Shown here one piece after another: positions 18,915 to 27,220 of a stretch of 64,000 nt of DNA. Within the stretch, counting starts at the first letter, position 1, and the number at the start of each line of letters is the position of its first letter. A program made the translations under genes and the position numbers. The notes below the pieces were generated by a model that made no database searches, was not told where the DNA came from, and worked only from the letters and a program-made list of their open reading frames with translations. The DNA is from a virus: positions 64,001 to 128,000 of IMG/VR virus record IMGVR_UViG_3300016665_000824, one strand, 5' to 3'.

Positions 18915-19418
18915 ATGGATATTAGCACAGAATTAAAACAAATCACTGTGAGATCGATGCGAGGAGGCAGCTTTTCGTTCGGTCCTCACGATATTCGAGT
19001 CGATCGCGGGTCGATCTTAGGCAATCCCTACGAGATGGCGAAAGATGAATCCAATCGCGATCGCGTATGCCTTGCCTACAAGCACTGGCTATTTGCAAAT
19101 ATTCGGTACTGGCTGGACATGAAAGAAAAAGGCATTGCAAAGGCTCTCTGGTGGCATATCGATCCAAAGAGCATAGCGATCGCCTCGGATTTAAGAATTG
19201 CTCCGTCGTGGAAGCAGTTCACTGTTGCTCAGGTGGAGAGTGAATTTACTCGCCTCTGCTATGAAGCAACCCAGCACGATATCAACCTCATTTGCTGGTG
19301 CTTTCCAAAAGCTTGCCATGCGGATGTACTGCGAGCAGCCTTGATCTGGTACTACGAGGAGCATTACTTAAAGGAGTGCTCACGGATTGAAACGACTATT
19401 AAAGAATTTTTTAGGTAA
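18915..19418 (+). CDS. DUF4326-like protein
   Basis: GNPY...CWCFPKACHADVL pattern; start placed at internal ATG 18915 to avoid overlap with the methyltransferase. Confidence 0.35.
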   Translation: MDISTELKQITVRSMRGGSFSFGPHDIRVDRGSILGNPYEMAKDESNRDRVCLAYKHWLFANIRYWLDMKEKGIAKALWWHIDPKSIAIASDLRIAPSWKQFTVAQVESEFTRLCYEATQHDINLICWCFPKACHADVLRAALIWYYEEHYLKECSRIETTIKEFFR

Positions 19419-19423
19419 ACACT

Positions 19424-19690
19424 ATGAGAAAACAAGTCCACTATGCCGTTCGCGCCGTTAAAGCCTTGATGGATGGCGATGTTGTAACAATCGATGGGAT
19501 GGATTATATCTATCAAGACGGGCAGATACTGATAAGGGCTACTCGCATTGAAGACGGCGTTGAGTCTGAAGTATGGCTGGGAGGAATGTGCTCCGAAATG
19601 AGTCTCGACTACTTTTTGAATTACTGCGCCAACAAAACTTTTGAAGATCAAGTTCTCGATTTTCCCGTAAAAATTCCATCACGGTACTAA
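19424..19690 (+). CDS. hypothetical protein
   Basis: 88 aa ORF. Confidence 0.4.
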   Translation: MRKQVHYAVRAVKALMDGDVVTIDGMDYIYQDGQILIRATRIEDGVESEVWLGGMCSEMSLDYFLNYCANKTFEDQVLDFPVKIPSRY

Positions 19691-19691
19691 T

Positions 19692-19901
19692 ATGAATACA
19701 CAAATTAAGCTCAGGCATTCCGTTGTTTTACCTACACCCCTAAAAGTTGGCGATCGCGTAGAAATCGCAGGTCCATCTCGCCACGTTGGAATTATTACGG
19801 AGATTAAAGATAGTCCATATTCGGGGCTATCCTACAGCGTCAAGTTTGGCAGCAATATCCGTCTTGACCGTATCGCCCCAGAAGCCTTGACAAAGTTATG
19901 A
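19692..19901 (+). CDS. hypothetical protein
   Basis: 69 aa ORF, 4-nt overlap with next gene. Confidence 0.4.
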   Translation: MNTQIKLRHSVVLPTPLKVGDRVEIAGPSRHVGIITEIKDSPYSGLSYSVKFGSNIRLDRIAPEALTKL

Positions 19902-20230
19902 TTAAGAAGCGTCCAGCGATCGGGCGGCTAGTAAGGTTGCCAAGTAAAATCGTCACTGTTGTGGGGTATAAGGATGGGGTTTTTCTAGTCCGCGTCGGCA
20001 CGGGAAAGACTCAGAAAATCACGGAATCGTTTCTTATGGCGCACGGCGTTCTTGTCGAGAAGGAGTGGCGCGAGGAGAAGAAGTCTGCACCCAAACAGGA
20101 ATACGTGAACCGAGAGTTTAAACGCTTCTTTGAGGAGCGAGCCGAAAGGGACTACCAAGAAAAAGTTCTTAAGGGCTTTAAGATTGAGGATGAAGTTATC
20201 GAAGGATTTGAGGCGATCGCGGAGGAATAA
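19898..20230 (+). CDS. hypothetical protein
   Basis: 110 aa; ends in junction repeat GGCGATCGCGGAGGAATAA. Confidence 0.4.
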   Translation: MIKKRPAIGRLVRLPSKIVTVVGYKDGVFLVRVGTGKTQKITESFLMAHGVLVEKEWREEKKSAPKQEYVNREFKRFFEERAERDYQEKVLKGFKIEDEVIEGFEAIAEE

Positions 20231-20233
20231 ATG
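20212..20233 (+). repeat. gene-junction repeat GGCGATCGCGGAGGAATAA + ATG (copy 1)
   Basis: Identical 19-mer at 20419-20437; degenerate third copy at 20682-20703. Confidence 0.7.
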
Positions 20234-20437
20234 GATATCGAAGAACTTGTTGCCGCAGCATCCGTAAGTCGGCATATATATCTTGAGCGCGTCGGCAAAG
20301 GTAGGCTACCAAAAGGATTTCCCTGTGGTGAGCTAATGTGCGTTAATTCGGACGGCAACCGAACTTATTTATTTGATTCGGCGAAAGTCTTAAAGTGGTG
20401 TCGAAAGCAAAATAATCAGGCGATCGCGGAGGAATAA
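20231..20437 (+). CDS. small DNA-binding protein candidate (excisionase/AlpA-like HTH)
   Basis: 68 aa; overall resemblance to excisionase-type HTH proteins; weak. Confidence 0.3.
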   Translation: MDIEELVAAASVSRHIYLERVGKGRLPKGFPCGELMCVNSDGNRTYLFDSAKVLKWCRKQNNQAIAEE

Positions 20438-20439
20438 TG
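20419..20439 (+). repeat. gene-junction repeat GGCGATCGCGGAGGAATAA + ATG (copy 2)
   Basis: Read directly; combines HIP1, GGAGGA, stop TAA and next ATG. Confidence 0.7.
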
Positions 20440-20703
20440 CGAAAAATAGACAAGGACTACAGTTTTACAGAACGAGAGATTCAGGCGTTAATGTTGATAT
20501 GCACTATTGGACGAGAAGACTGGCTCACTAAAGAGGTGAAGGAGATATTGTCGCAATACATAAGCAGAAAGATGTATCACAGGACTGCTTCTCAAGTCTT
20601 TGCTCACAGAAAAAGAGTTCTGGGTTCTTTCCCTAGCAATGCGGGTAAATACTTACTTGAAAGGCGAACTAGCTTTATTGAGCGATCGCGGAGGAGTGAG
20701 TAA
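20437..20703 (+). CDS. hypothetical protein
   Basis: 88 aa; ATG overlaps upstream stop (TAATG). Confidence 0.4.
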   Translation: MRKIDKDYSFTEREIQALMLICTIGREDWLTKEVKEILSQYISRKMYHRTASQVFAHRKRVLGSFPSNAGKYLLERRTSFIERSRRSE

Positions 20704-20710
20704 AAATATA

Positions 20711-20745
20711 AAAAGACGATCCGACGTGAGATCGGATCGTCTTTT
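20711..20745. terminator. bidirectional intrinsic terminator between convergent genes
   Basis: 14-bp perfect stem AAAAGACGATCCGA/TCGGATCGTCTTTT, 7-nt loop; A-run on one side and T-run on the other. Confidence 0.6.
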
Positions 20746-20874
20746 TATATTTTGGTAGGCTGTGAAACAACTAATACAAAAGGGTTTTAGGGTATTGGAA
20801 GGAATTTTGGTAAGGTGTGAATCTCGCTGCTTTTTAATTACGCGAATACACGTAATTCATATTTACCAATACCT

Positions 20875-22632
20875 CTAGCTAGCGATCGCCATTAATTTAG
20901 TCAACCCAGCCTTCCGCAACATCTCTTGCTGGAGCTTGGTTTGAAAATATGGCTTATCCTCAGCACTTGCTACTCGATACAGTTCCAGCCAGTATTTCTC
21001 CCGCTTCTCGCAGTGTATATGCTGAATCTTGGCGATCGCACGGTCAACCACTGCCTTGACATCGCCAGCGATCGCCTCTTGCATTGCGTAAGGTATGTCC
21101 GAAAAGTCATCGTTCAGGAATTTATCCCACAGCGCACAGTGATCGTCATGGGCAAATTCGATCTCTTGAAGCAGGATATACCCCCGCAAATCGGGATGAT
21201 GGACAAAGGCTTTTAGTATCTGCATTTCGGCTAGTTGCAGAGCAGTATAACTGGGTTTTGCGGCAACCTGTGGTGATTCAGATCGGAATACCGATCGCGC
21301 AAGTCGATGTAAATCCTCCTCAATGCGTACGGCAAGGCGAGCATTTCCCTGAGCTAACTTCTGAGCACACTTATGGGTATAGTGGCTACGTCGGGCATCC
21401 ATCGGCAATGGGGCGAGTATTTGCGCGATCGCTTGATTAGCTCGCTGGAAGTCGGCAGAATTGTTAAGGTCTTTGCCCTTAATCTCAAGGTCAATTAACC
21501 AGTCAAGGTATAGCGGCGCTTCGCGGAGCAGCGATAAGTACGCTTCAGAACCATAAGTGGTTAGGTACTCGTCGGCATCTTTTTTGCCCTCAATGGTTAG
21601 TATCCGTAGATTTACCGTACCATCCAGAACTAGCTCTAGGACTTGACTTACGGCTTTTTTAGTTGCCGTAACACCTGCTTTGTCCGAGTCGAAGTTGCAA
21701 ACTATACGCTTCGACTCAGTATGGCGTAAAACCTGTTTAATTTGAGCGGCGCTAAGCGCTGTGCCCATTGAGCCGACTGCATGGGTAATTCCATTTTGGT
21801 GCAGGGAAATCACGTCGAGGTGTCCTTCGACAATTACCGCCTCGTCGTTCTTGGCGATCGCCTCACAAGCTTTGTCTAGTCCAAACAGTAGTTCACCCTT
21901 TTTGAACAACTCGGTTTCGGGCGAGTTGATATACTTTGCGCCGTCGTCCTCACCGCTTAGCGATCGCGCAGAAAATCCAACCACGCGACCACGGATATCG
22001 GCGATCGGGATAATCAGGCGATCGCGAAATCGGTCATAGTAGCCTTCGTTTTCTTTGCGAGGTATCGCCAACCCCAATTCTTCAAGAGTTTGAACGGGGA
22101 TATTTAACTCGGCAAGGTTACTCCACCCCGCAGGCGCGTAACCGAGCTTGAACTTATTGCAGGTATCTCTGGTGATTTTGCGTTTTTCTAAGTAGGCAAG
22201 GGCTTTGGTGTTGAGCTGTTGCTGGTAGTAACGAGTGACTTTAGCTATTTGATCGAAGAGGTATTCCCTGTGCGATCGCTCCTTAACGATTTGCTCGGCA
22301 TGTTCTGGCTCTTCGGTTCTTACTTCAACCCCGTAACGACCAGCCAAATCTAGTACGGCATCTGGGAACGATTTATGACCAATCTCCATCATAAACTTGA
22401 TCGCACCACCCGACGCACCGCAGTTATGGCAGTAATACATGCCTTTGCTGGGGTCTACCGAGAGGGCGCTGGGATTCGTGCCGTTGTGAAATGGGCAAGC
22501 GCCACGAAATGAGTGACCCGACCGCTTAAGTACGACGTTTTCGCTAACGACATCAACGATGTCGGCTTTGTCGTTTACTGCGGCGATCGTATCAGCATGG
22601 ATTCGGAATGATTTAGGTTTGGCGGATTGCAT
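20875..22632 (-). CDS. DNA primase, DnaG-like (CHC2 zinc finger + Toprim)
   Basis: CPFHNGTNPSALSVDPSKGMYYCHNCGASG zinc-binding motif; Toprim-like EGHLDVISL and NFDSDKAG. Confidence 0.75.
   Translation of the reverse strand: MQSAKPKSFRIHADTIAAVNDKADIVDVVSENVVLKRSGHSFRGACPFHNGTNPSALSVDPSKGMYYCHNCGASGGAIKFMMEIGHKSFPDAVLDLAGRYGVEVRTEEPEHAEQIVKERSHREYLFDQIAKVTRYYQQQLNTKALAYLEKRKITRDTCNKFKLGYAPAGWSNLAELNIPVQTLEELGLAIPRKENEGYYDRFRDRLIIPIADIRGRVVGFSARSLSGEDDGAKYINSPETELFKKGELLFGLDKACEAIAKNDEAVIVEGHLDVISLHQNGITHAVGSMGTALSAAQIKQVLRHTESKRIVCNFDSDKAGVTATKKAVSQVLELVLDGTVNLRILTIEGKKDADEYLTTYGSEAYLSLLREAPLYLDWLIDLEIKGKDLNNSADFQRANQAIAQILAPLPMDARRSHYTHKCAQKLAQGNARLAVRIEEDLHRLARSVFRSESPQVAAKPSYTALQLAEMQILKAFVHHPDLRGYILLQEIEFAHDDHCALWDKFLNDDFSDIPYAMQEAIAGDVKAVVDRAIAKIQHIHCEKREKYWLELYRVASAEDKPYFQTKLQQEMLRKAGLTKLMAIAS
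21272..21289. repeat. 18-mer GGTGATTCAGATCGGAAT (copy 2), inside primase coding sequence
   Basis: Encodes VFRSESP in the primase frame. Confidence 0.6.
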
Positions 22633-22861
22633 CTTGATCTTCCCTATCTACGCGAGCTTCTCCCTCTAAAACTTTTTGCAGGTCTAAAACTCTGAAGCCG
22701 ACTGGGTTGCACTGAGTTAACTTGGCTGCGTCATGGATGGCATGACCATACTCTTCGTAAATCTTTCCCTCTTCTACCCCCGCTTCGGCGCAGGCAGGGC
22801 CAGAATAAGGCTCGGAGGTGTAACGACTCGATTTATTGATGATGTACTTAGGCATATTCAC
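22613..22861 (-). CDS. hypothetical protein
   Basis: 82 aa ORF overlapping primase start by 20 nt. Confidence 0.35.
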   Translation of the reverse strand: MNMPKYIINKSSRYTSEPYSGPACAEAGVEEGKIYEEYGHAIHDAAKLTQCNPVGFRVLDLQKVLEGEARVDREDQDAIRQT

Positions 22862-22896
22862 CTCTTGAGAATCTTTTGTACGATCGCTTGTTGTCG

Positions 22897-23199
22897 TTAA
22901 ACAAATAGGAAGGACTGAACTTCATCAGCCTTGGTTGCGACCAACGGCAAGTGCTGACGCAGTATCTTGTACCCTTGCATCTCCCAAGTCAAAGCAATCC
23001 TCTCCGCTAGCTCTAAAGCGTCATAACAAGGATTTAATCGATGAAAAACACCGCTCAGTAATTCGTACCCACACTCAGGGGGGAGTTGCTCAAGATCTTG
23101 GATTAGCTGAGTAATTTTAGTACTTACCGTGATACCACCTTGATTAACAAAAATAGTCGCGTCAAATGTTTTGCTTAGACCTTTCAAATTGATTGTCAT
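22897..23199 (-). CDS. hypothetical protein (start at internal ATG 23199)
   Basis: Track ORF 22897..23283 overlaps upstream gene; internal Met (MTINLKG) removes the overlap. Confidence 0.35.
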   Translation of the reverse strand: MTINLKGLSKTFDATIFVNQGGITVSTKITQLIQDLEQLPPECGYELLSGVFHRLNPCYDALELAERIALTWEMQGYKILRQHLPLVATKADEVQSFLFV

Positions 23200-23209
23200 T
23201 TTGTTCTTC

Positions 23210-23674
23210 CTATATCTTTTGCGCGATCGCTTGCTTATGGATGCGATCGCTATGTGTTTGCACTGCCGCCAATTCCCGCTCAAGCTGATCGAATGTCACT
23301 CCATCCCTCTTGTCGCCGTCAACCACTGGGGTTAGTACGGGGTTGATAACTGGGGAGTAGACACACCAGCAGATAGCGATCATGTCGAACTCGGAAGACA
23401 ATCCTTCAGCCTTAAAGACCTCTACCGAATCAACAACCCAATCGGACTTACGAGAATGTGTAGTCCCATCGTCACGCTGATGGGACTTGAGAGACTCGGT
23501 TACTGTTACTGGGTGGATAGGTCGATCGCCTTTCTTTGGCACGGGTTTTGATGAGTAGCTAAGAACCGTGTAGAGGATGTCGGTAAATAGATTGCAGTGA
23601 GTTAGCTTGCGATCGCTAGCACCCTCAGTTTGTCCCACTTTTGCCTTATAGATAATATATTTACTCACTGTCAT
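23210..23674 (-). CDS. hypothetical protein
   Basis: 154 aa ORF. Confidence 0.4.
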   Translation of the reverse strand: MTVSKYIIYKAKVGQTEGASDRKLTHCNLFTDILYTVLSYSSKPVPKKGDRPIHPVTVTESLKSHQRDDGTTHSRKSDWVVDSVEVFKAEGLSSEFDMIAICWCVYSPVINPVLTPVVDGDKRDGVTFDQLERELAAVQTHSDRIHKQAIAQKI

Positions 23675-23882
23675 TGTCTCCGTATGTTCTGGGGAATTTT
23701 GCTTCGCCTTTGTAGAAGCAGTTGTGTGTCAGGATTGGATCTCTTGTCAGCTCGTAATGAGAGTAATCCCAATCGTATTTCTTAGCCATTTTTATACATC
23801 TTTCTTCGCTTGACGCGCTGTGAGTTGTATAAAACTCCTGTTCTTCGTCGTCGTCATTCTGTGGCAAAATCTCGTTAGCCAT
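23661..23882 (-). CDS. hypothetical small protein (first gene of minus-strand operon)
   Basis: 73 aa; divergent from the HTH gene at 24028. Confidence 0.35.
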   Translation of the reverse strand: MANEILPQNDDDEEQEFYTTHSASSEERCIKMAKKYDWDYSHYELTRDPILTHNCFYKGEAKFPRTYGDNDSE

Positions 23883-24027
23883 TAGACCTCTCAGATAGGT
23901 TTGTTTGGTTAGAGGTGATTGCTTGTTGAGAGCAGGCGATCGCCTCGATAGAAATATTATTGCAGAAGTATTGCCAAAACGTCAACTATTGTTTTACACT
24001 TAGAGCATATTAATTCGGTGTAGCGAT

Positions 24028-24261
24028 ATGACTAGTTCTACTTTTGTTGTTGAAGTACCTGTAGAGGTCGGAGACCTACCCCAAAAAATATGGGAGGCTC
24101 GGAGACTTTGCCGACGCAATCATGTTGATTTGTGTAGGGATGCTGGCATAACCCGACAATATTGGACACAAATTGAGAAGGGGCAACGCAAATCAATCCC
24201 TTTACACACACTAAGAAAAATAGAAAAAGCTTTAGGCGTTGATTTTGGTATTCAGGCTTAG
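24028..24261 (+). CDS. helix-turn-helix transcriptional regulator (XRE-like)
   Basis: 77 aa; segment DAGITRQYWTQIEKGQR resembles an XRE-type HTH. Confidence 0.45.
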   Translation: MTSSTFVVEVPVEVGDLPQKIWEARRLCRRNHVDLCRDAGITRQYWTQIEKGQRKSIPLHTLRKIEKALGVDFGIQA

Positions 24262-24266
24262 AAATT

Positions 24267-24623
24267 ATGAAAAAGTTAGACCCCGATGAAATTATCAACA
24301 TCAGCTTTGGCTGGTGCTACTTACTTAAAAATGGCGATCGCGTCTGGGAGCAGGACGACGAAGCTATCTGGGCGCATGATGGTGAGGGTGAAATTCGGTG
24401 GGATCGTGTCAAGGATATTGAGGCGATCGCTGCTCAAGACCCCACCGCCAGATACTTGCTAGTTGTAGACGGAGCCATGTATTCGCGAATATACGAGCGC
24501 TTTGCAACTGGCTGGGTGCAGATTAGGCAGATGCTCGGATTTGCGGATGACTACAGCGCTGAGCTTTTTCAAGAAGAGTTGGAGCGGATTGTTCGTGAAA
24601 AGACATTGTGTTTTGTTGAATAG
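24267..24623 (+). CDS. hypothetical protein
   Basis: 118 aa ORF 6 nt after HTH gene. Confidence 0.4.
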   Translation: MKKLDPDEIINISFGWCYLLKNGDRVWEQDDEAIWAHDGEGEIRWDRVKDIEAIAAQDPTARYLLVVDGAMYSRIYERFATGWVQIRQMLGFADDYSAELFQEELERIVREKTLCFVE

Positions 24624-24655
24624 GCTGCGATCGCATAAAAATCGAGGAGAAAACC

Positions 24656-25102
24656 ATGAGTTACGACGGGAACATTTACGAGGATGCTATGGAATCAATT
24701 TCACAGTTATCCTCAACGGAAAATCTTTTGTCTTGGGCTAAGAAACTGCGAGAGGCGGCTGAAGTCGAAACGTATCGCAGTCAGTTTTTGATAAATACAG
24801 CGTGGAATCTTGAGGAGTGCGCGTGGATGCCTGAGCTATTACAGCAGCTTGAGGATATGGGGATCAAAAGAAACACAATGTTTGGCGGCGCTCCGACTGG
24901 GAGGGGGCAGACAGGATACTGGACCCATTTAGCCCCCAAGGACTGCGATTTCGATCCTTGTATCTCACCCGTGTTTGGTAAGACTGAGTATGAGTCACTG
25001 AAAGAGGCGATCGCGCTGGAGGTACAAATCCGAGAGTATATGACTGGTTGGAGCAAAATACCCTTTGCTTGTTCTATACCTGCGGAAGTAGGCGATCGCT
25101 AA
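24656..25102 (+). CDS. hypothetical protein
   Basis: 148 aa ORF. Confidence 0.4.
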   Translation: MSYDGNIYEDAMESISQLSSTENLLSWAKKLREAAEVETYRSQFLINTAWNLEECAWMPELLQQLEDMGIKRNTMFGGAPTGRGQTGYWTHLAPKDCDFDPCISPVFGKTEYESLKEAIALEVQIREYMTGWSKIPFACSIPAEVGDR

Positions 25103-25466
25103 TTTTTAATCCGCAACGTAATTTTGTTGTGCTATTGTTGTAATCACCAAAGAAGCAAATGAGAGACCCACCTGCTAAAAATAAGCAAAAAATAAAAGAG
25201 CCAACCGCCAAGTCGCTCTTTCATTCTTTGAAAATGATTGTTTGTTTCACTTCAGTTTCGGTTGTTCCTTCCACCTCGTCGTTTACACGCCTTGGCTGTT
25301 TGTGTTCAACACGACACTAATTTCCTGAATACTCTAACACATGGCGATCGCTTTGTGAAGGGGAATTTACGGAATTGGTGAAAAAACTGGAAGACAAGTG
25401 GTTTCTTGGGAATCTCAAGAACGCTTTGGTTGTTTTTTACACTTTAGTTTCGTAGGAAATTTAGTT

Positions 25467-25997
25467 ATGCTCTCAAGCGAAGAATACATACGCGACAGAC
25501 AAGACTTCGGTTGCTGGGAAGCCCGTATATTTTACTCCCCAGAATTAGATGCCGTTGTTGCGGCAGGTTTTATGGATGGGTTGATCTTCAACAAGGAAGA
25601 ACTCTTCCAGCTAGGCTCATTACTCCTTGATGCCTCAATTAACGTTTCGGGTAAAGACATCTGCCACCTCAATAATCGGACATCGGCGAGAGGTCGTTCT
25701 GACAAGGATTTTTGGCTACAGCGCAAGAATAGATCTGGACTCGTGTATCTAATCAAGGCGATCGGGACTAACTACTACAAAATTGGTAGAACAAAAGATA
25801 TTGAGACTAGATTAGAGACCCTGCAAAAGTCATCTCCATTCGACCTCTCGCTGATTCTTGCCATAGAAACATCAGACTCTTTGGCTCTAGAGAGGTACTT
25901 CCACGATAAGTACAATGATTGTCGAGTTAGGGGTGAGTGGTTTGAGCTAGATGAGTATGCGATCGCTGAATTTATGAGCTACGAGGAGGTCGCGTGA
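25467..25997 (+). CDS. GIY-YIG / T5orf172-like nuclease domain protein
   Basis: GLVYLI...YYKIGRTKDIETRLETL pattern; start placed at internal ATG 25467. Confidence 0.45.
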   Translation: MLSSEEYIRDRQDFGCWEARIFYSPELDAVVAAGFMDGLIFNKEELFQLGSLLLDASINVSGKDICHLNNRTSARGRSDKDFWLQRKNRSGLVYLIKAIGTNYYKIGRTKDIETRLETLQKSSPFDLSLILAIETSDSLALERYFHDKYNDCRVRGEWFELDEYAIAEFMSYEEVA

Positions 25998-27220
25998 TGA
26001 AAGGATACGAACAGACCTGCCCCAAAGTCGAAGCGATCGGGCAAATCAACTTTCACGGCGACGGTGTTTTTACGCCAAACAACTGGTATCACAACATCTG
26101 TCACAAGAACGGTAAACCCTATCTCGAAGCAATAATTCTTCTTGCGGATATTGTTTCTTGGTATTTGCCCATCTACGAAAGAGATGAAGTCACTGGCAAG
26201 ACGATTGGGGTCAGGAAAAAATTCAAGGCAGACAAACTCCAGCGAAACTACGACTCTTTTGCGGACCATTATGGCATGACCAAAGATCAAGCTAGAAATG
26301 CTCTGAAACACCTAGAAAGAGACGGACTCATAGACCTAGAGCTAAGAACAGTCGAAACTTCAGTACAAAAGCTTGGAAATGTTTTGTTTATCGGTGTTTA
26401 CCCAGAAAAAATCAAGGATTACACTTTCACCCTCTCGCCAAAAGAACAGACCCCTGTGCTCACAGAAACCGATAGGGGTATCGACAGAAAAGCAGAGGGG
26501 TCTGCACAGAAACAGACAGCACTCCCCACAGAAGCCCAGACAAATACAGATCAATCTACAGATCTTTCTACTGATCAATCTACTAAAAATATAAGAGCGG
26601 ATGAATTTTTTGCGATCGCTCCTTCGTCGCAAATCCAAGAAAATTCTTTTCCCGCACAAACAGAAAATCCGAGAATTGAAGAAACCCCAACACCCCCTAC
26701 CCCCTCTTCCCCTTCCGCGCCCGAAAATATCGGCAAGGCGATCGCGCCCTCGGTAGCCACCTCAAAACAGGCAGAAGCGTATATGCAGTTTGAGCAGCGC
26801 TTTAGCCAACCAAAACCTCAAAACCGCCACGTACCCAAACTGCTTGTGGAGGCTGGCTATGCAGAATGGCACAACGGCAAACACCCGAACGACTGGCGCA
26901 AATCCTTGATAGATGTTTGCATCCAAAGGAAGAAAAAGCGTGGCGATGAAGCGACTGTAGGTGCAGCCACCGACTTTATTTTTAACGTAATGAAAGACTG
27001 TATTTCCCTCGGATTCTGGGGTAAGTTCCAAGAGCTTGTTGATCAAGCCCTAAAGCTCGAAGCCGTCGAAGCGATCGCCGCACAACAAAAACAAATTGAA
27101 GATCAGCGATTCGAGCAACAGCCAGTTGAATCTAACGCCCCCACAATGACTCTTGAACTTCGCAAGCAATATGCTGCCGAATTGAGACGTAAAGCCAACA
27201 ACATGAGACTAATTGCTTAA
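25994..27220 (+). CDS. hypothetical protein translationally coupled to DnaB (replication initiator / helicase loader is a positional guess)
   Basis: 408 aa; strong GAGGAGG upstream; 8-nt overlap with dnaB-like gene; low-complexity linker in the middle. Confidence 0.35.
   Translation: MMKGYEQTCPKVEAIGQINFHGDGVFTPNNWYHNICHKNGKPYLEAIILLADIVSWYLPIYERDEVTGKTIGVRKKFKADKLQRNYDSFADHYGMTKDQARNALKHLERDGLIDLELRTVETSVQKLGNVLFIGVYPEKIKDYTFTLSPKEQTPVLTETDRGIDRKAEGSAQKQTALPTEAQTNTDQSTDLSTDQSTKNIRADEFFAIAPSSQIQENSFPAQTENPRIEETPTPPTPSSPSAPENIGKAIAPSVATSKQAEAYMQFEQRFSQPKPQNRHVPKLLVEAGYAEWHNGKHPNDWRKSLIDVCIQRKKKRGDEATVGAATDFIFNVMKDCISLGFWGKFQELVDQALKLEAVEAIAAQQKQIEDQRFEQQPVESNAPTMTLELRKQYAAELRRKANNMRLIA

Noticed and set aside
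20926-22039. Plus-strand ORFs within the primase gene
   Set aside because: Antisense to a well-supported primase coding sequence with clear zinc-finger and Toprim motifs.
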